Positions 61,465 to 64,000 of a stretch of DNA of 64,000 nucleotides are shown in pieces. Where the stretch lies: NCBI GenBank assembly GCA_946965045.2, contig OX337235.1, positions 124,001 through 188,000 on the forward strand, written 5' to 3'. The notes beneath the pieces are model-generated. The model did no database searches. It was not told where the DNA came from and saw only the letters and a list, made by a program, of their open reading frames with translations. The stretch's first letter is position 1. Each line of letters starts with the position of its first letter. The translations under genes were made by a program, and so were the position numbers. The stretch is from Epithemia pelagica (Eukaryota > Protista > Bacillariophyta).

Positions 61465-61702
61465 ACTGTCAAAAAGCTACCTGAAACTCCGAATGTCTGT
61501 CAAAAAGCTACCTGAAAATCCGAATGTCTGTCAAACAAACGAACAGGTGTTCACCATTCATCTCCACACGCAAAGCAACCGCCGCCACACAATCAACTTT
61601 CCCAAACCAAAATCCGAATGTCTGTCAAACAAACGAACAGGTGTTCACCATTCATCTCCACACGCAAAGCAACCGCCGCCACACAATCAACTTTCCCAAA
61701 CC
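61465..61702 (+). repeat. Nested tandem duplications (~31-bp x2 and ~93-bp x2) at the left edge of duplication copy 2
   Basis: ctgtcaaaaagctacctgaaa.tccgaatgt occurs twice; aaatccgaatgtctgtcaaacaaacgaacagg...cccaaacc occurs twice. Confidence 0.9.
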
Positions 61703-63998
61703 GCAGCCCCATCAACTTTTTCCAACAACACAAGTAGTCATTATCAGGAACCATTGATTACATCTCTGGATTGATTGCAGCTCGCCTTTGCTATATTCCA
61801 TCACTTTGTCCATCTTCCTTCTTATTGGTGACCAGGAACAACCGTTTCTATTGACATCGTTCTCTCATTTCCACATACATCGAATCAGCATCTTCCGATT
61901 TTGATTCCTCGAGCACATCAAGTCTTGCAATAGTCTTTGAGCCTTCTCATCCAAACACTCCTCACCATCTCATAACACTCATTTATCCACAATGCATCCC
62001 GTTGTTTCCTCTCCTACCAATGCCATGCCATCGGCTTCTACCACTCCCACTCGAAGCATTCCGATTCGAACGGCGGCCACCACAACCAATCACGCGGTCA
62101 GCGAGAGTATTGCACTCAAACGGACCTCTTCGGAACTGAGATTGTTGGAAGAAGAACAACAAGCTGATCTTCGCGATTACATTTTCTTTACACGGCTCGT
62201 TCAAGGCATTGCCAATCGCGAATCACCCGTCCAAGAGGAACCTCAAGATTCACCACTGGAGCCATCACAAGCTCAAGATCGTTCAAGACTAACGCCTTCG
62301 TTGGGACCCTTTTCTCATGATAGGGATGACGAAAGTCTTCAAGAGCGACGCAGAAGGCGTTGTAGTCCATGGCTGCAACGACAGAATGAAATATGTTTGG
62401 CACACATTATTCGAACACGAAACGGCTATCAGGATGGAGACCATCGCTCTTCCATGATCACCAATGGGCCTCCATCAACGCCCATGACTCCCATGTACCC
62501 TGCTTCTCGGAACAATGGCAGTGTCGGATATCACAACCGGGTTCAGTATAACTACCAGGACCACTATGGCTCCCTGCCACAACAACCATTCTATTCCGCT
62601 GAGCCACCAACGGCTTCTTCTCCGTATGCTCCACAAGAAGACATTTTCGACATGGATTGGTAAAGAACACCCTTTCACCTTGATTTGCTGGACTTTCACC
62701 TATCTACTACTACTTCTGCTGCTGCTTGACATTTATGGGAGAGAACTCGCGCTTTTAATCCACACTATACTTATCATTATTATTATTAGATAGATCAGAT
62801 TTTGATGCGCTGCAACTTGCGACAATCCTTAGAAATGCACGTCTTCTATTCCCTAATCTATTTCAAAGCGCTTTTGAGCAAGGTAGAGTTAACAGGAAAA
62901 CTTGTAGATGCTGACTGGCTGTTGCCTTTTCGACTAGAGCTACGATAATCATACTTAGCCTTTTCCACCCTGAGAGCTCTCAAGTTACATGCTTCAGTGA
63001 TTGTCCTGGTACCTGGTGCGAAGGACCAAAGGGCCGCTTCCCACTCTGTCCATTCGACTCGATAGCATGTGCCAATCAACCGCTGTTTGATTTTGATGGG
63101 CCAACCATCAAACACCCAATGAGAAGATTCGGTTTTGGGTTGGACCATCCGAATCCCGACTGTTTTGAAGCGAATCTCTCGAAGGATGTCAAACGTCAAC
63201 AACGACTCGGCTACCCCTATCGTAGAGGGATGCTCTGGTAGCTAGATCATGACTGAGTTGTCGGCAGTCATTTCAACTCTGTCGGTAATAGTCTTGAATC
63301 CATGCCCGTTGATACAGCTTTGGTCGCATTCCAGTCCATCATCTCAAATCTCAGAACTCTTTTTTCAAGCGGAACGATCCAAACCATGTCGAATAAGGAG
63401 CCTTTCCTTTCCTACTCCTGCCAAAATGTAGAGCGCACTGCCGCTATACTACTCCTACAAAAGAAAAGACAGAGGGACCGACTAATTTTGGGCGTTGCCT
63501 GAGACAACACTTCCATACCGGCTCCTCACCGAGTACCACACCCCACCAAGCGGTATCTTTTTGCCCCAACCAAATATTTTGTCTCGATTTCGCCCACATT
63601 GCCACCGATCTCTTGGACCAAAACCTCCCTGCGTGTAAATTCCTGTCGAATGTCGGCAATGATGCATCGCTCCGTCAGCCTCACAAAAAGGAAGTCCCGG
63701 TACCCTATCAACGGTTCAGCTCCACATGTCAACCATAAACCATCGTCTGTTCATGCTACTGGGCAGCTACCCTCCCTGCGTGTAAATTACTTTCAAATGT
63801 CGACAATGATATATCGCTCCGTGAGTCTAACAACAAGTAAATCCTGGCACCCTCTCAACGCCTAAGCTGCATATGTCAACCATGAACCATCGCTCTGTTC
63901 AAGCCTCTGAGCAGCTATCCACGATGCAATGAGAGAATTACCCCTGAGGAGCGAGCATTTCTCTTTTTGCCCTCAGCACAAGGCTCATAAATTTGCCT
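61630..63998 (+). repeat. Segmental duplication, copy 2 (may continue past the window)
   Basis: Colinear with 41742-44030. Confidence 0.95.
61992..62663 (+). CDS. Hypothetical protein, 223 aa (copy 2)
   Basis: Near-identical to 42101-42772; compensating in-frame indels near the C-terminus. Confidence 0.75.
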   Translation: MHPVVSSPTNAMPSASTTPTRSIPIRTAATTTNHAVSESIALKRTSSELRLLEEEQQADLRDYIFFTRLVQGIANRESPVQEEPQDSPLEPSQAQDRSRLTPSLGPFSHDRDDESLQERRRRRCSPWLQRQNEICLAHIIRTRNGYQDGDHRSSMITNGPPSTPMTPMYPASRNNGSVGYHNRVQYNYQDHYGSLPQQPFYSAEPPTASSPYAPQEDIFDMDW

Positions 63999-64000
63999 CG

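Overview
Eukaryotic genomic DNA with GT-AG introns and microsatellites. It is most likely a pennate diatom, inferred from a CoDi-type copia element and bipartite-like plastid signals. From 1-40 kb it is mostly host genes. These are a damaged S8 subtilisin with PPC and Cys-rich modules, a tandem pair made of an asparagine synthetase-PLP-domain fusion and a stand-alone PLP-domain paralog, a Kelch-repeat cluster, a glutathionyl-hydroquinone reductase pseudogene, MetRS, an EamA transporter, and a UxaB-like/uronate isomerase fusion. A copia element runs off the left edge with gag and pol in frame across one TGA. From 41-64 kb it is a transposon nest between two copies of a ~2.3 kb duplication. It holds a TAA-flanked Harbinger-like TIR pair that encloses an intact hAT element, an intact secreted-protein gene and GpC-rich decayed blocks. 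It also holds a piggyBac-like element with ~235 bp TIRs, CTAG flanks and two extra ORFs, and an hAT MITE. The most striking signal is a Ty3/gypsy RNase H remnant apparently degraded by directional A>G/T>C transitions concentrated at ApC/GpT, the opposite of CpG decay or fungal RIP. All domain calls are motif recognition by eye; no searches were run.
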